From NCBI GenBank assembly GCA_002401765.2, contig NVTY02000061.1, positions 5,051-69,050 of the forward strand: a stretch of DNA of 64,000 nucleotides, written 5' to 3'. The translations under genes were made by a program, and so were the position numbers. The notes under the pieces were generated by a model, which saw only the letters and a list, made by a program, of their open reading frames with translations, searched no databases and had not been told where the DNA came from. Source of the stretch: Thiotrichaceae bacterium. Lineage in GTDB: Bacteria; Pseudomonadota; Gammaproteobacteria; SZUA-140. How positions within the stretch are numbered: the stretch's first letter is position 1; every line of letters starts with the position of its first letter. Of this stretch, positions 1 to 10,055 are shown in pieces.

Positions 1-142
1 CAACCAGCATCACTGGGATGTCGTCACGAATAGGAAAGGCAAGTCTATCTACTTTGCAGATCAGTTCGTTGTTATCATCTTTGTAGACCAAAGGCCCTTT
101 GCATAGTGGGCATGCAAGAATGTCGAGTAGTTTCTTATCCAT
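1..142 (-). CDS. ycaR: Trm112-like / YcaR family protein (3' end runs off the window)
   Basis: Manual translation from ATG at 142: [47 protein letters not shown]; usual position after lpxK. Not in the ORF track. Confidence 0.9.
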   Translation of the reverse strand, partial: MDKKLLDILACPLCKGPLVYKDDNNELICKVDRLAFPIRDDIPVMLV

Positions 143-157
143 CGCAATCTCATCCTC

Positions 158-1153
158 TTAACGGTTAATACGATTAATGTTTTTGATTAGTCGCGCGACT
201 AAGCGTTCTTCTGCTTTTTTTTCTGGAACCATTTCAATCGTCAATACCCAGTGCTCAGGCTTTGCAAAAGGTGCGCATTTCACCGCATCTTTCTCTGTCA
301 TGAGCAGTATCTTATCATCACCAAAGTTCAGTTCATCAATATGGTATACATGGTGGTCCGGAAAAGGGTGTGCAATCACCTCGACACCGGCATCCTTGAG
401 CAGATTGAAAAAATTATCTGGGTAGCCAATGCCAGCGATGGCATGAACTGTCTTGCCTTTCAACACTGACAACTCATCCCTTTTTTCTGGGTTTTGTAAA
501 TTATAAAGGGAATGCCGCCCAAGCGTCATTCGGTATTCGTTAGCCGTGAGCGGATCGCCATTGACCAGGCACAGGTCGACATTATTTAGGCGGGTAACGG
601 GCTCACGCAACGGCCCCGCTGGCAATAATTGTCCATTACCAAATCGCCGCTGCCCATCAATAATCACAATTTCAATATCACGTCCCATGGCGTAGTGCTG
701 TAGGCCATCATCAGCAATCACAATGTCACAATCAAAATCATTTAATAGCATGTTAACTGCATCAGGACGATTCGGAGAAACCACCATCGGACAGTGACAA
801 CGTTGAGCCAATAACACCGCTTCATCACCCACCCGCGCAGGATTACTATCAGCCATGACCACTTGAGGCCATTCAGTCGCATCGCCCCCATATCCTCGAG
901 AAACAATACCGGGTTTATATCCTTGGCTACGCAAGAAATTTGCCAGCCAGATAACAAAAGGTGTTTTACCGGTGCCGCCCACCGTTATGTTGCCCACAAC
1001 AATCAGTGGTGCAGAAAAATGATTAACCCTTAACCAGCCATGTTGATACAGCCAACGTCGTAGAATGACCAACAAATAAAACAACCATGATAGTGGCAAC
1101 AACGGAATCATCGCTAGGCCACCGTGATACCAAATACGCTCAATTTTACTCAT
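158..1153 (-). CDS. lpxK: Tetraacyldisaccharide 4'-kinase
   Basis: VGNITVGGTGKTP, DDGLQH, LLPAGPLRE, TEKDAVK motifs; follows msbA. Confidence 0.97.
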   Translation of the reverse strand: MSKIERIWYHGGLAMIPLLPLSWLFYLLVILRRWLYQHGWLRVNHFSAPLIVVGNITVGGTGKTPFVIWLANFLRSQGYKPGIVSRGYGGDATEWPQVVMADSNPARVGDEAVLLAQRCHCPMVVSPNRPDAVNMLLNDFDCDIVIADDGLQHYAMGRDIEIVIIDGQRRFGNGQLLPAGPLREPVTRLNNVDLCLVNGDPLTANEYRMTLGRHSLYNLQNPEKRDELSVLKGKTVHAIAGIGYPDNFFNLLKDAGVEVIAHPFPDHHVYHIDELNFGDDKILLMTEKDAVKCAPFAKPEHWVLTIEMVPEKKAEERLVARLIKNINRINR

Positions 1154-1171
1154 TTGAAATTATCATGACAT

Positions 1172-2983
1172 TCATTCGTCAAGATTAACGGTCGGGTTTT
1201 TTTGAATAGCGGCCACTGCGGGCGCATATTGCAGATGATAGAGATTGGCATAATAGCCATTCATTGCAAGCAGTTGAGCATGTTTACCCTGCTCAACAAT
1301 CTTCCCTTCATTCATCACAATAATGATATCCGCCTTCTCAATTGTTGAGAGTCGATGAGCGATCACAAAGGTCGTTCTATTTTTCATCAGCTCTTCGAGC
1401 GCGGCCTGAATATAACGCTCAGACTCAGTATCGAGTGCCGAGGTTGCCTCATCTAGAATAAGAATAGGCGCGTTCTTTAGTAGCGCACGCGCAATCGCCA
1501 GGCGTTGACGTTGTCCGCCAGAAAGGAGCGCGCCGTTATCACCGACCATCGTATTGAGCCCCTCTGGCAGGGTCTCAATAAACTCCATCGCATGCGCGGC
1601 GGTGGCAGCCTTAATAATCTCGCTCTCCGCACAATTTTCCAAACTACCATAAGCAATATTACGCCCGATGGTGTCGTTGAACAGCATCACATCCTGGCCA
1701 ACCAATGCGATCTGCTGACGTAGGTTTTCAAGCGTGAGTTCCCCAATCACATGGCCATCGACGGTGATACTACCGCTGGTGCAGTCATAGAAACGAGGCA
1801 ATAGACTGGCCAATGTCGTTTTGCCACTGCCAGACTTACCCACAAAGGCGATACTCTGCCCCGCTTCAACACGAAATGAAATATTATCAAGCACCACGCC
1901 TTTGCTCTGTTCATAGCTAAAACAGACGTTTTTGAATTCCACTGCACCGCTTATTTTCTCAAGGCGAATGGAGCCAGTATCCACTTCGGCTGCCGCATCG
2001 AGCAGGTCAAAGATACTTTTAGCCGCCGCGATACCGCGCTGAATGATGACATTAACAGTTGTAAGGCGCTTCACTGGCGTCAACATCATCATCATCGCGG
2101 CAAGAAATGTCATGAATGTACCGGGCGTAATGGTCTCCAGCATCGGTCCTGAGGTGGCCAGATAGATGATGGCTGCCAATGCGCAGGCAGAAATGAATTG
2201 TATGATTTGGACGCTTGAAACGCTGGTCGCAATCAGTTTCATAAACTGACGGCGATTCCCTTCATTCACTGCCTCAAAGTGAGTCGCTTCATAAGCTTGG
2301 CCGCCAAAGGTTTTAATCACGCGATGCCCTTCTATTGCCTCTTCAGAGACCTGTGTGACATTGCCCATAGAAGCCTGAATTCGAGTACTGATACGCCGAA
2401 AGCGCTTATTAACCAAACTGACTAGCAGAATAATCACTGGGCCGAGCACAAACATCACCAGGGAGAGCTGCCAGCTGGTATAAAACATTAATGCCAATAA
2501 AAATATAATGGTTAGAACGTCGCGAATAACAATCGTAATGGCATCCGTTGCCGCGGAGGCGACCTGCTCAACATCAAAGGTGAATTTTGAAATCAATGCG
2601 CCCGATGAACTGCCATCATAAAAACGGGTGGGCAGTGACAGTATGTGATTAAACATCTCACGGCGTAACGTCTTGACGATGTTTCGCCCAATCCAGGCCA
2701 TTAAAAATGATGATACAAAAGTACCCACGCCACGGACCAGGGCAACACCGATAAAGAGTAGCGGTAACAACGCGATCCACTCCGGATCTTTTTCGACAAA
2801 ACCACCATCCAGTATCGGTTTAAGCATAGCGGCTAAGCCTGCATCGGTGGCGGCAGCGCAGATCATACCGATCACGGCTAAACTAAAGGCTAGTTTATAA
2901 GGCAATACATAGCGCAGTAGGCGACGATAGATCACGCCACCATCGCTAATCTCTTCGGGGTTTTCGTTTTTAAGGCGACTCAA
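1172..2983 (-). CDS. msbA: Lipid A export ABC transporter
   Basis: TM domain plus GKSGSGKTT, LSGGQRQR, ILDEATSALD; msbA-lpxK synteny. Confidence 0.96.
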   Translation of the reverse strand: MSRLKNENPEEISDGGVIYRRLLRYVLPYKLAFSLAVIGMICAAATDAGLAAMLKPILDGGFVEKDPEWIALLPLLFIGVALVRGVGTFVSSFLMAWIGRNIVKTLRREMFNHILSLPTRFYDGSSSGALISKFTFDVEQVASAATDAITIVIRDVLTIIFLLALMFYTSWQLSLVMFVLGPVIILLVSLVNKRFRRISTRIQASMGNVTQVSEEAIEGHRVIKTFGGQAYEATHFEAVNEGNRRQFMKLIATSVSSVQIIQFISACALAAIIYLATSGPMLETITPGTFMTFLAAMMMMLTPVKRLTTVNVIIQRGIAAAKSIFDLLDAAAEVDTGSIRLEKISGAVEFKNVCFSYEQSKGVVLDNISFRVEAGQSIAFVGKSGSGKTTLASLLPRFYDCTSGSITVDGHVIGELTLENLRQQIALVGQDVMLFNDTIGRNIAYGSLENCAESEIIKAATAAHAMEFIETLPEGLNTMVGDNGALLSGGQRQRLAIARALLKNAPILILDEATSALDTESERYIQAALEELMKNRTTFVIAHRLSTIEKADIIIVMNEGKIVEQGKHAQLLAMNGYYANLYHLQYAPAVAAIQKNPTVNLDE

Positions 2984-2985
2984 GG

Positions 2986-3402
2986 CTATTCTTTGGGCTG
3001 TGTTGTGGCCAGAGAAAGTTTCACAATGCCCAGCTGCCTGGCGGCGTCCATCGCGGTGACAACGGCCTGGTGAGGCGTATTGGCATCGGCACTAATCACA
3101 AGTGAGACATTTTTACGGCCATCGGCGGCAAGCTGAATCGCTTTTTTTAAGGTAGTCGTCTGGCGATTAACAACCTTTTGCTGGTTGATATAAAAGCGCC
3201 CTTTGACATCAATCGTTAAATCAATCGGTGCAATCGCTGCCTCCACCGGTTCAACATTGGCCTCCGGTAGGTCAATTGTAATTTCGGATTCTCTGGTAAA
3301 GGTGGTTGAGACCATAAAAAAGATCAGCAGCAGAAAAACCACATCTATCAGTGACGTCAGGTTTACATCCGGGTCTTGCTTGGTAAATTGACGCAGGTTC
3401 AC
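2986..3402 (-). CDS. exbD: Biopolymer transport protein ExbD/TolR family
   Basis: NLTSLIDVVFLLLIFFMV; follows an ExbB-like gene. Confidence 0.9.
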   Translation of the reverse strand: MNLRQFTKQDPDVNLTSLIDVVFLLLIFFMVSTTFTRESEITIDLPEANVEPVEAAIAPIDLTIDVKGRFYINQQKVVNRQTTTLKKAIQLAADGRKNVSLVISADANTPHQAVVTAMDAARQLGIVKLSLATTQPKE

Positions 3403-3418
3403 GGTTTATAAGACTCGA

Positions 3419-4045
3419 TCATGGGATCCGCTGTTCATTTTCACGCGCACCATGCAGTACTTCGACCATTTTGATTGATTCAGCCTCCATGATACAAACA
3501 AGCGTCTCAACCTTGCCGCGAAAATGACGATAAAAAATCAGGCTAGGAATTGCGACCGAGATCCCGGTGGCGGTGGTAATCAATGCCTCAGAAATGCCAC
3601 CCGCCAGCACGGCAGGGTCACCTACGCCGGCGGTGGTGATGGCTGCAAAGACTTTAATCATGCCAATGACGGTGCCTAATAGGCCTAATAGCGGTGTGAT
3701 GGAGGCGATGGTACCCAATGTATTGAGGTAACGTTCAAGCTCGTTGACCACCTGACGCCCCGTATCTTCGATACTCTCTTTCATCACCTGACGTTCGTGA
3801 CGTAAATTAACCAGCCCCGCGGCCAATATTTTGCCAAGCGGGGACTCTTCACGCAGGCGGGCAATCTCTCCCGCATTCAATTTGTTCTGCTTTTCCAGTT
3901 TCCAGATTGTGGTGACCAGATCGTTAGGGCAGATTTTTTGTTTTTGCAGCGACCATGAGCGCTCGACAATAATCGCGAAGGCGATCATTGAACAGAGCAG
4001 GATCGGTATCATTAACCAGCCGCCGGATTGTACAAGTTCGAGCAC
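3419..4045 (-). CDS. exbB: MotA/TolQ/ExbB proton channel family protein
   Basis: PLLGLLGTVIGMI and GISEALITTA motifs. Confidence 0.88.
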   Translation of the reverse strand: MLELVQSGGWLMIPILLCSMIAFAIIVERSWSLQKQKICPNDLVTTIWKLEKQNKLNAGEIARLREESPLGKILAAGLVNLRHERQVMKESIEDTGRQVVNELERYLNTLGTIASITPLLGLLGTVIGMIKVFAAITTAGVGDPAVLAGGISEALITTATGISVAIPSLIFYRHFRGKVETLVCIMEAESIKMVEVLHGARENEQRIP

Positions 4046-4129
4046 GTGCGTTTAATCCCTTTTTTAGTGAATAATAACAGTGGACATCATACCGGAATAA
4101 ACACTGTTTTTCACACTCTTGAGAGGAAT

Positions 4130-6475
4130 TCAGCGCAATAGGTCCGAGTGCCAGTAACGCTTATTTTGATAGCGATAACGCGCGAAAGAACGCACCTCCC
4201 CCGCGTGGTTAAAATGAAAGGTCATGGCGCCCGTTGCGGCACTGATAAACATTTTACTGCCTTGTTGCTGATAGCGTTGTGTCACCTCAGAATGCGGGAA
4301 GTGGTAGCGATTTAAGTACCCCGCAGGAAACAGCACATACTGGGGTGCGACGGCCGCAACAAAGAGATCGCTTGATGAACTTTTGCTACCGTGATGTGGT
4401 GCAACCACCACACGTGCCATTAATTTCCCTGGCTGGTCATTCAGTAATGCGCGCTCAGCAGCGGCTTCAATATCACCGGTTAATAGTAGCGAGCTACCAC
4501 GCAAGCCAATGTCATCGACACTACTGACACGCAGCACACATGAGGCGTCATTGCCTTTAAAGCCCTGTGGTGGCGGATGCAGTATTTCAAACCGTACATT
4601 GTCCCACTGCCATTCATCACCCGCCACGCAGTGCTGTGCTGCGGGCTGCCACGTGACTCGCTCTGGCACACTGGTGATTACTTGCGAAACCACTATCTGC
4701 GACATCACTGATTGAGCTCCGCCCATATGATCATTATCACCGTGACCAATTACCAACATATCGACGCGCTTAACACCGGCATGATTCAGAAAGGGAATCA
4801 CAACCGCACTACCGGTATCGAAGCGCTCACTAAAGCGCGGCCCGGTATCATAGACCAGCGTATGGTTTTTTGTCTGCACAACGGCGGCTAGCCCCTGACC
4901 AACATCTAGCAATGTAAACCACCAATCACCGTCAGCAGGGCGTAGCGGCGTTACCAAAAAAAGAGGCAGGAGCCAAATGACGCCGAGCCAGCGCCCTGGC
5001 AGACCACGCGGTGCCAACAGCAGTAAGGTGCCGATCAGGGCGGGTATATAGGTCCATTTAGGCGGTGGATGCTGTTGCCACAGCCCCTGCTCCTGATTTT
5101 CAAGGAATTCAAGAAAGGGCCATAAGAATGAAAGTGCTGTCGATGCTGCGTCCAGTAATAGCGAAGCCATCTCAGGAAAATATAGCACACATGAGGTCCC
5201 CAGCAACACCAGCGGCACAACAACAAAGCTAACCCACGGTACCGCTATAAAGTTAGCCACCGGTGATAAAAGTGGCAATTGCTGAAATGTCATCAATAAT
5301 GGCAGTAACAACGCGATCGTCACCACCACATGCACCCTGCCCCAACGCCACCAGAGGTCACGCCTGGCAAGACGGCAACTCATGGCAAAGATAATCGCTG
5401 CAACCGCGCCGAATGAGAGCCAGAAACCAGCAGACATCACCACAAATGGGTCTATCACAAGCACTATCATAAGGGCCAGTGCCAAGGCATCGCTGAAGCG
5501 CCGTTGGCGCTGTAAAAATAGCATTAACATCACCACCAGCACCATCACTAAGGCGCGCTGAGTGGGTATCGTGAAGCCAGCCAGGGCCGCGTAACATGTA
5601 GCGGCTAGCAGGCCCGCTACCGCCGCCACTCTGGGTGCCGGCCAATGCATGGTGGCGCTTGCGAAGCGCGACCAGAGAAATTGCACCAGTATAAAAGCCA
5701 TTCCAGCCACTAGTCCGATATGCAATCCCGAGATCGCAACCAGGTGGATGGTGCCGGTCTTTCTTAATACCCCCCATTGAGGCTCGCTAATGGCCTGCCG
5801 CTCACCTATTGCGAGCGCGGTGATAATGCCTTTAAACTCGGCTTCTTTGAGCTGTGTACTAATGGCACTCGCCAGTGATTGCCGCAAGCGTTGCAATGGG
5901 TAGTGCATCATATCGCTTGCCAATAGCCGGTTATCTTCCGAACCCCGAATGTAACCCGTGGCCTGAATTCGCTGCTGAAATAGCCATCCTTCATAATCAA
6001 AACCACCAGGATTCATAAACCCATGCGGCCTTTTCAAGCGCACCATTAATTGCCAGCGATCTCCGACAGAGAGTTCTGGCGCATTGTTGTACCAGTTAAG
6101 TCGCACATGGCGCGGTGAAATCTCAATAATATTGCCCTGATGCTGCATCTGCTCAATATCAAATAAAAATCGCCATTTATGACCTGTTTTTTGTGGCAAC
6201 GAGGCAATCGTTCCCACAATCACCAAATCTTGCTTTTCTAGCGCGGGGGGTAACGGTGTCAATAGCACTAATGTGGCCTGTAGCCACGCCCAGTGAAACC
6301 CTATCAGCAGAAATAGCAGTGATCTCAATCGTTTGAAAAGCCACAAGGCGGGTACGAGTAGCAGTAACACTAGCCAACCGACTGTGTACGCTAATGACGT
6401 GAGTGGCAATTCAGCTAACTGTTGAAACAGTAATATGCCCGCCAAAAATGCGACTGCTGCTATACGCATATCCAT
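4130..6475 (-). CDS. comEC: DNA internalization competence protein ComEC/Rec2
   Basis: NPGGFDYE, HLVAISGLH, DVGQG, HGDNDH, HHGS metallo-beta-lactamase domain. Confidence 0.96.
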   Translation of the reverse strand: MDMRIAAVAFLAGILLFQQLAELPLTSLAYTVGWLVLLLLVPALWLFKRLRSLLFLLIGFHWAWLQATLVLLTPLPPALEKQDLVIVGTIASLPQKTGHKWRFLFDIEQMQHQGNIIEISPRHVRLNWYNNAPELSVGDRWQLMVRLKRPHGFMNPGGFDYEGWLFQQRIQATGYIRGSEDNRLLASDMMHYPLQRLRQSLASAISTQLKEAEFKGIITALAIGERQAISEPQWGVLRKTGTIHLVAISGLHIGLVAGMAFILVQFLWSRFASATMHWPAPRVAAVAGLLAATCYAALAGFTIPTQRALVMVLVVMLMLFLQRQRRFSDALALALMIVLVIDPFVVMSAGFWLSFGAVAAIIFAMSCRLARRDLWWRWGRVHVVVTIALLLPLLMTFQQLPLLSPVANFIAVPWVSFVVVPLVLLGTSCVLYFPEMASLLLDAASTALSFLWPFLEFLENQEQGLWQQHPPPKWTYIPALIGTLLLLAPRGLPGRWLGVIWLLPLFLVTPLRPADGDWWFTLLDVGQGLAAVVQTKNHTLVYDTGPRFSERFDTGSAVVIPFLNHAGVKRVDMLVIGHGDNDHMGGAQSVMSQIVVSQVITSVPERVTWQPAAQHCVAGDEWQWDNVRFEILHPPPQGFKGNDASCVLRVSSVDDIGLRGSSLLLTGDIEAAAERALLNDQPGKLMARVVVAPHHGSKSSSSDLFVAAVAPQYVLFPAGYLNRYHFPHSEVTQRYQQQGSKMFISAATGAMTFHFNHAGEVRSFARYRYQNKRYWHSDLLR

Positions 6476-6554
6476 CCTTGGTTATGCTAGAGATACTCTG
6501 TCGAGTAGGATGCCAAATATAGACAGCTACCGCCAGTTTAGCTATTGTTAACGG

Positions 6555-7088
6555 ATGCCAAAAAAAATAATAAAAAGGTTCCTTCCCGATTACAACAAGA
6601 TTAAAGAGCATAAACACCTACAGATATTTGGAAAGCTGATTCACGACCCCAATCTATGGCACCTTAATCGTCGCTCAGTTTCTGGCGCATTTTCTGTGGG
6701 GCTATTTATGGCATTTGTTCCCGTGCCATTTCAGATGGTGTTAGCCGCCGCCGCCGCCATACCATTGCGTGTAAACCTGCCGATATCAGCCGCGCTTGTC
6801 TGGATATCAAACCCGCTTACGATGCCGCCGCTCTTCTATGGCTGCTATAAATTTGGCGCATGGGTGCTCAACACACCGGTGCAAGATATTGAATTTGTCC
6901 TCTCGATTGAATGGTTAATGACCCAACTGGGTGATATCTGGGCGCCTTTTTTACTCGGCTGCTTTCTAATGGGCACTTTTTGCGCACTGATCAGCAATTT
7001 GATTATTCGCATGCTGTGGCGATCACTGGTATTAAAAGGGTGGCAAGAACGCCGCAGACGTCGCAAGGAAAAACGCCAAAATAGTTAG
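6555..7088 (+). CDS. DUF2062 family membrane protein
   Basis: DPNLWHLNRRSV and WISNPLTMPP motifs; usual position between comEC and lolD. Confidence 0.9.
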   Translation: MPKKIIKRFLPDYNKIKEHKHLQIFGKLIHDPNLWHLNRRSVSGAFSVGLFMAFVPVPFQMVLAAAAAIPLRVNLPISAALVWISNPLTMPPLFYGCYKFGAWVLNTPVQDIEFVLSIEWLMTQLGDIWAPFLLGCFLMGTFCALISNLIIRMLWRSLVLKGWQERRRRRKEKRQNS

Positions 7089-7102
7089 CCAGGCTTGGGC
7101 GG

Positions 7103-7810
7103 TCAAGCTGCCCGTTGATCTTTTAGCACACCATCTTCAAGCACTAAAATGCGATCCATGCGCTTAGCAAGTGACGCTTCGTGGGTCACCACCACAAAAC
7201 TGGTATTCAGTGCCTGATTTAATTCCAGCATCAGACCATAAATATGATCTGCATTTTTTCGATCCAGATTGCCGGTTGGTTCGTCCGCCAATATACATTT
7301 AGGCTCAGTCACTAATGCACGCGCGACTGCTGCCCGTTGGCGCTCACCACCCGACATTTCGCCGGGCTTATGATGAGAGCGGTTTTTTAGGCCCACTTTA
7401 TCAAGCAGTGCTGCCGCACGTTCGCTCGCAATCGCTGGTGACAGACCTCGAATTAACAGCGGCATCGCAACATTCTCTAAGGCAGAAAACTCAGCCAGCA
7501 GATGATGAAATTGGTAAACAAAACCGAGCGTACTATTACGCAACTGGCTGCGTTGCCGCTCACTCAACTGCATCATATCTTTGCCTAGCACCTGCACCTC
7601 GCCACCCGATGCGGTATCAAGTCCGCCTAAAAGATGTAATAAGGTACTTTTGCCCTGTCCGGAGCTACCGATAATCGCAATACGCTCACCGACCGCGACT
7701 TCAAAATTGATGCCGCGTAGCACGTCAACATTCATTCCACCTTCAGTAAAGCGCTTTTGCAGGTTAATACACTGCAGCACTGGCGGTGATTGATCTAAGT
7801 GATCACTCAT
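7103..7810 (-). CDS. lolD: Lipoprotein-releasing ABC transporter ATP-binding subunit
   Basis: [27 protein letters not shown]; probable start ATG at 7810 overlapping the end of lolC/E. Confidence 0.95.
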   Translation of the reverse strand: MSDHLDQSPPVLQCINLQKRFTEGGMNVDVLRGINFEVAVGERIAIIGSSGQGKSTLLHLLGGLDTASGGEVQVLGKDMMQLSERQRSQLRNSTLGFVYQFHHLLAEFSALENVAMPLLIRGLSPAIASERAAALLDKVGLKNRSHHKPGEMSGGERQRAAVARALVTEPKCILADEPTGNLDRKNADHIYGLMLELNQALNTSFVVVTHEASLAKRMDRILVLEDGVLKDQRAA

Positions 7811-9050
7811 AACGCAATGCCTCAGCGGGTTGGGTGCGCGATGCTCGCCATGCCGGATAGAGCGTCGCAATGAAGGAGATAGTGAGCGCAACCGAGCTAA
7901 TCTGAATCACGTCAGCGATGCGCATATCGGATGGAAGATCACTAATATAATAGACCTCAGCGGCCAGAAATTGAATGCTGAATAACTTCTCGATGGCGGG
8001 AACCAGGGTCTCGACATTCAGCGCCAGCACCACCCCACCGATTGTCCCGAGCAGTGTACCGATCACCCCGATCAATGCCCCCTGGACAATAAATATCCCC
8101 ATGATTGAGCCCGGACTTGCACCTAACGTCCGCAAGATGGCGATATCACTCTCTTTATCGGTCACCATCATCACCAACGTAGAAACAATGTTAAATGCAG
8201 CGACCGCGACGATGAGAAATAGGATGACAAACATCACCGTTTTTTCCATCTGTACCGCGCGAAAAAAATTGGCGTGCTGGCGCGTCCAGTCACTTGCGCT
8301 ATAACCTATCGGCAGTTCATTGAGTAGTTGGCGTGTCAGCTTAGGGGCGGCGAACATATCATCCATCTTAATGCGTACCCCGGTCACACCGCCATCCAAT
8401 CGAAACAGGCGCGAGGCATCTTCTATATGCAGCAATGCCAACGCACTATCGTATTCATACATGCCAATCTCGAATACACCGACCACGGTAAAACGTTTAA
8501 GGCGCGGTAAAACCCCAACAGCCGTGACGCTTGCTTGCGGCGTAATCAAGGTGACTCTATCGCCCATCCCCGCACGCATCGAAAGCGCCAGGTCTTTTCC
8601 CAGGATGATGCCGAATTCACCCGCCTGTAGGTTATCCAGTGTCCCTGCGAGCATCTTATCGCCAAGCTGCGACACTTCGCCTTCCTGCGATGGTAGGATG
8701 CCGCGAATCAATGTGCCACTGACGATTGCGCCCTGACTCAACATCCCTTCTGCATGAATGAAGGGCGCAATCCCGGTTACCCCTTCATACTGACGAACTA
8801 AGTCCCCCACTTGTTGCCACTCTTGCAGCGGTTTACCAACCGCCTGCACGGTGGCATGAGAAACAACCCCCAGAATACGTTCACGCAGTTCTTTTTCAAA
8901 ACCGTTCATCACAGAAATAACCGTAATCAACACAGTTACCCCAAGGGCTATTCCAAGCATCGAGATTAACGAGATAAAAGAGATAAAGTGATTGCGGCGT
9001 TTTGCGCGCGTATAACGCAGGCCAATGAATATTTCTAACGGTCTGAACAT
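7803..9050 (-). CDS. Lipoprotein-releasing ABC transporter permease (single LolC/LolE-type)
   Basis: [39 protein letters not shown]...ALRYE. Confidence 0.95.
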   Translation of the reverse strand: MFRPLEIFIGLRYTRAKRRNHFISFISLISMLGIALGVTVLITVISVMNGFEKELRERILGVVSHATVQAVGKPLQEWQQVGDLVRQYEGVTGIAPFIHAEGMLSQGAIVSGTLIRGILPSQEGEVSQLGDKMLAGTLDNLQAGEFGIILGKDLALSMRAGMGDRVTLITPQASVTAVGVLPRLKRFTVVGVFEIGMYEYDSALALLHIEDASRLFRLDGGVTGVRIKMDDMFAAPKLTRQLLNELPIGYSASDWTRQHANFFRAVQMEKTVMFVILFLIVAVAAFNIVSTLVMMVTDKESDIAILRTLGASPGSIMGIFIVQGALIGVIGTLLGTIGGVVLALNVETLVPAIEKLFSIQFLAAEVYYISDLPSDMRIADVIQISSVALTISFIATLYPAWRASRTQPAEALRYE

Positions 9051-9127
9051 TGCGGCATTAAAGCATAATTAGGCTTGGAAATAAGTAAATTATTCATTGG
9101 TTTCAAACTGATGATTAACTTGAAAAA

Positions 9128-9204
<77 letters not shown>

Positions 9205-9290
9205 AGTGTGTTGCTAATTGACTGTCTTTCTGGTGGTTTTAAAATGCAGACAGGGTATGCGGACACTTAACGATAAATTGATTTAAATCT

Positions 9291-9411
9291 GTAACTACTC
9301 AGCTTACTCCTGAAATCTGCCATTTCTACGTTGAAAAATGATCATTTACACCTGTAAACTCCTATTTTCCGCCTTGAACTAGCAGATTTCAGAAGCAACC
9401 TGAATAGTTAC
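9291..9411. mobile_element. MITE (121 bp) with 5-bp target duplication
   Basis: Terminal IRs GTAACTACTCAG / CTGAATAGTTAC (11/12); inner IR CTGAAATCTGC / GCAGATTTCAG; flanked by AATCT at 9286-9290 and 9412-9416. Confidence 0.8.
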
Positions 9412-9416
9412 AATCT

Positions 9417-9770
9417 TTATTTGATAAGTGCTAAAACTTCTTCAAGATCTTTACGTATTTCACGAACGAGTTGACGGCTGCGACTATTGTCACTCTTCAT
9501 CTCGCTACCCGATAATTTTTGACGCGCGCCACCAATGGTAAAGCCTTCTTCGTATAATAAACCACGAATCTGGCGTACTAACATCACATCCTGACGTTGG
9601 TAATAACGTCGATTGCCGCGTCGCTTAACAGGGTTAAGGTGTGGAAATTCCTGCTCCCAATAGCGAAGCACATGTGGTTTCACACCGCAAAGCTCGCTCA
9701 CTTCACCAATGGTGAAATAACGCTTACCGGGTATCGATGGTAACTCACTGTTGCTGCTGGGTTCCAGCAT
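9417..9770 (-). CDS. MerR family transcriptional regulator (conserved after ihfA)
   Basis: [27 protein letters not shown]. Confidence 0.93.
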   Translation of the reverse strand: MLEPSSNSELPSIPGKRYFTIGEVSELCGVKPHVLRYWEQEFPHLNPVKRRGNRRYYQRQDVMLVRQIRGLLYEEGFTIGGARQKLSGSEMKSDNSRSRQLVREIRKDLEEVLALIK

Positions 9771-10050
9771 GGGCCTCTACTCTCGCTTTTAACTTTTGTC
9801 CGGGGTGAAAGGTCACCACACGCCGTGCTGTAATCGGAATTTCTTCACCCGTCTTTGGGTTTCGTCCTGGTCGCTGGCTTTTATCTCGAAGATTGAAATT
9901 ACCAAAACCAGAAAGCTTGACCTGTTTTCCGGTGGTCAGTGCTTTACGCACCTCTTCGAAAAACATTTCAACCAGATCTTTTGCCTCTCGTTTGTTGAGC
10001 CCAAACTCTTCAAACAATCTCTCTGCCATATCCGCTTTTGTTAGCGCCAT
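9745..10050 (-). CDS. ihfA: Integration host factor alpha
   Basis: [25 protein letters not shown]. Confidence 0.98.
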   Translation of the reverse strand: MALTKADMAERLFEEFGLNKREAKDLVEMFFEEVRKALTTGKQVKLSGFGNFNLRDKSQRPGRNPKTGEEIPITARRVVTFHPGQKLKARVEAHAGTQQQQ

Positions 10051-10055
10051 AATTT

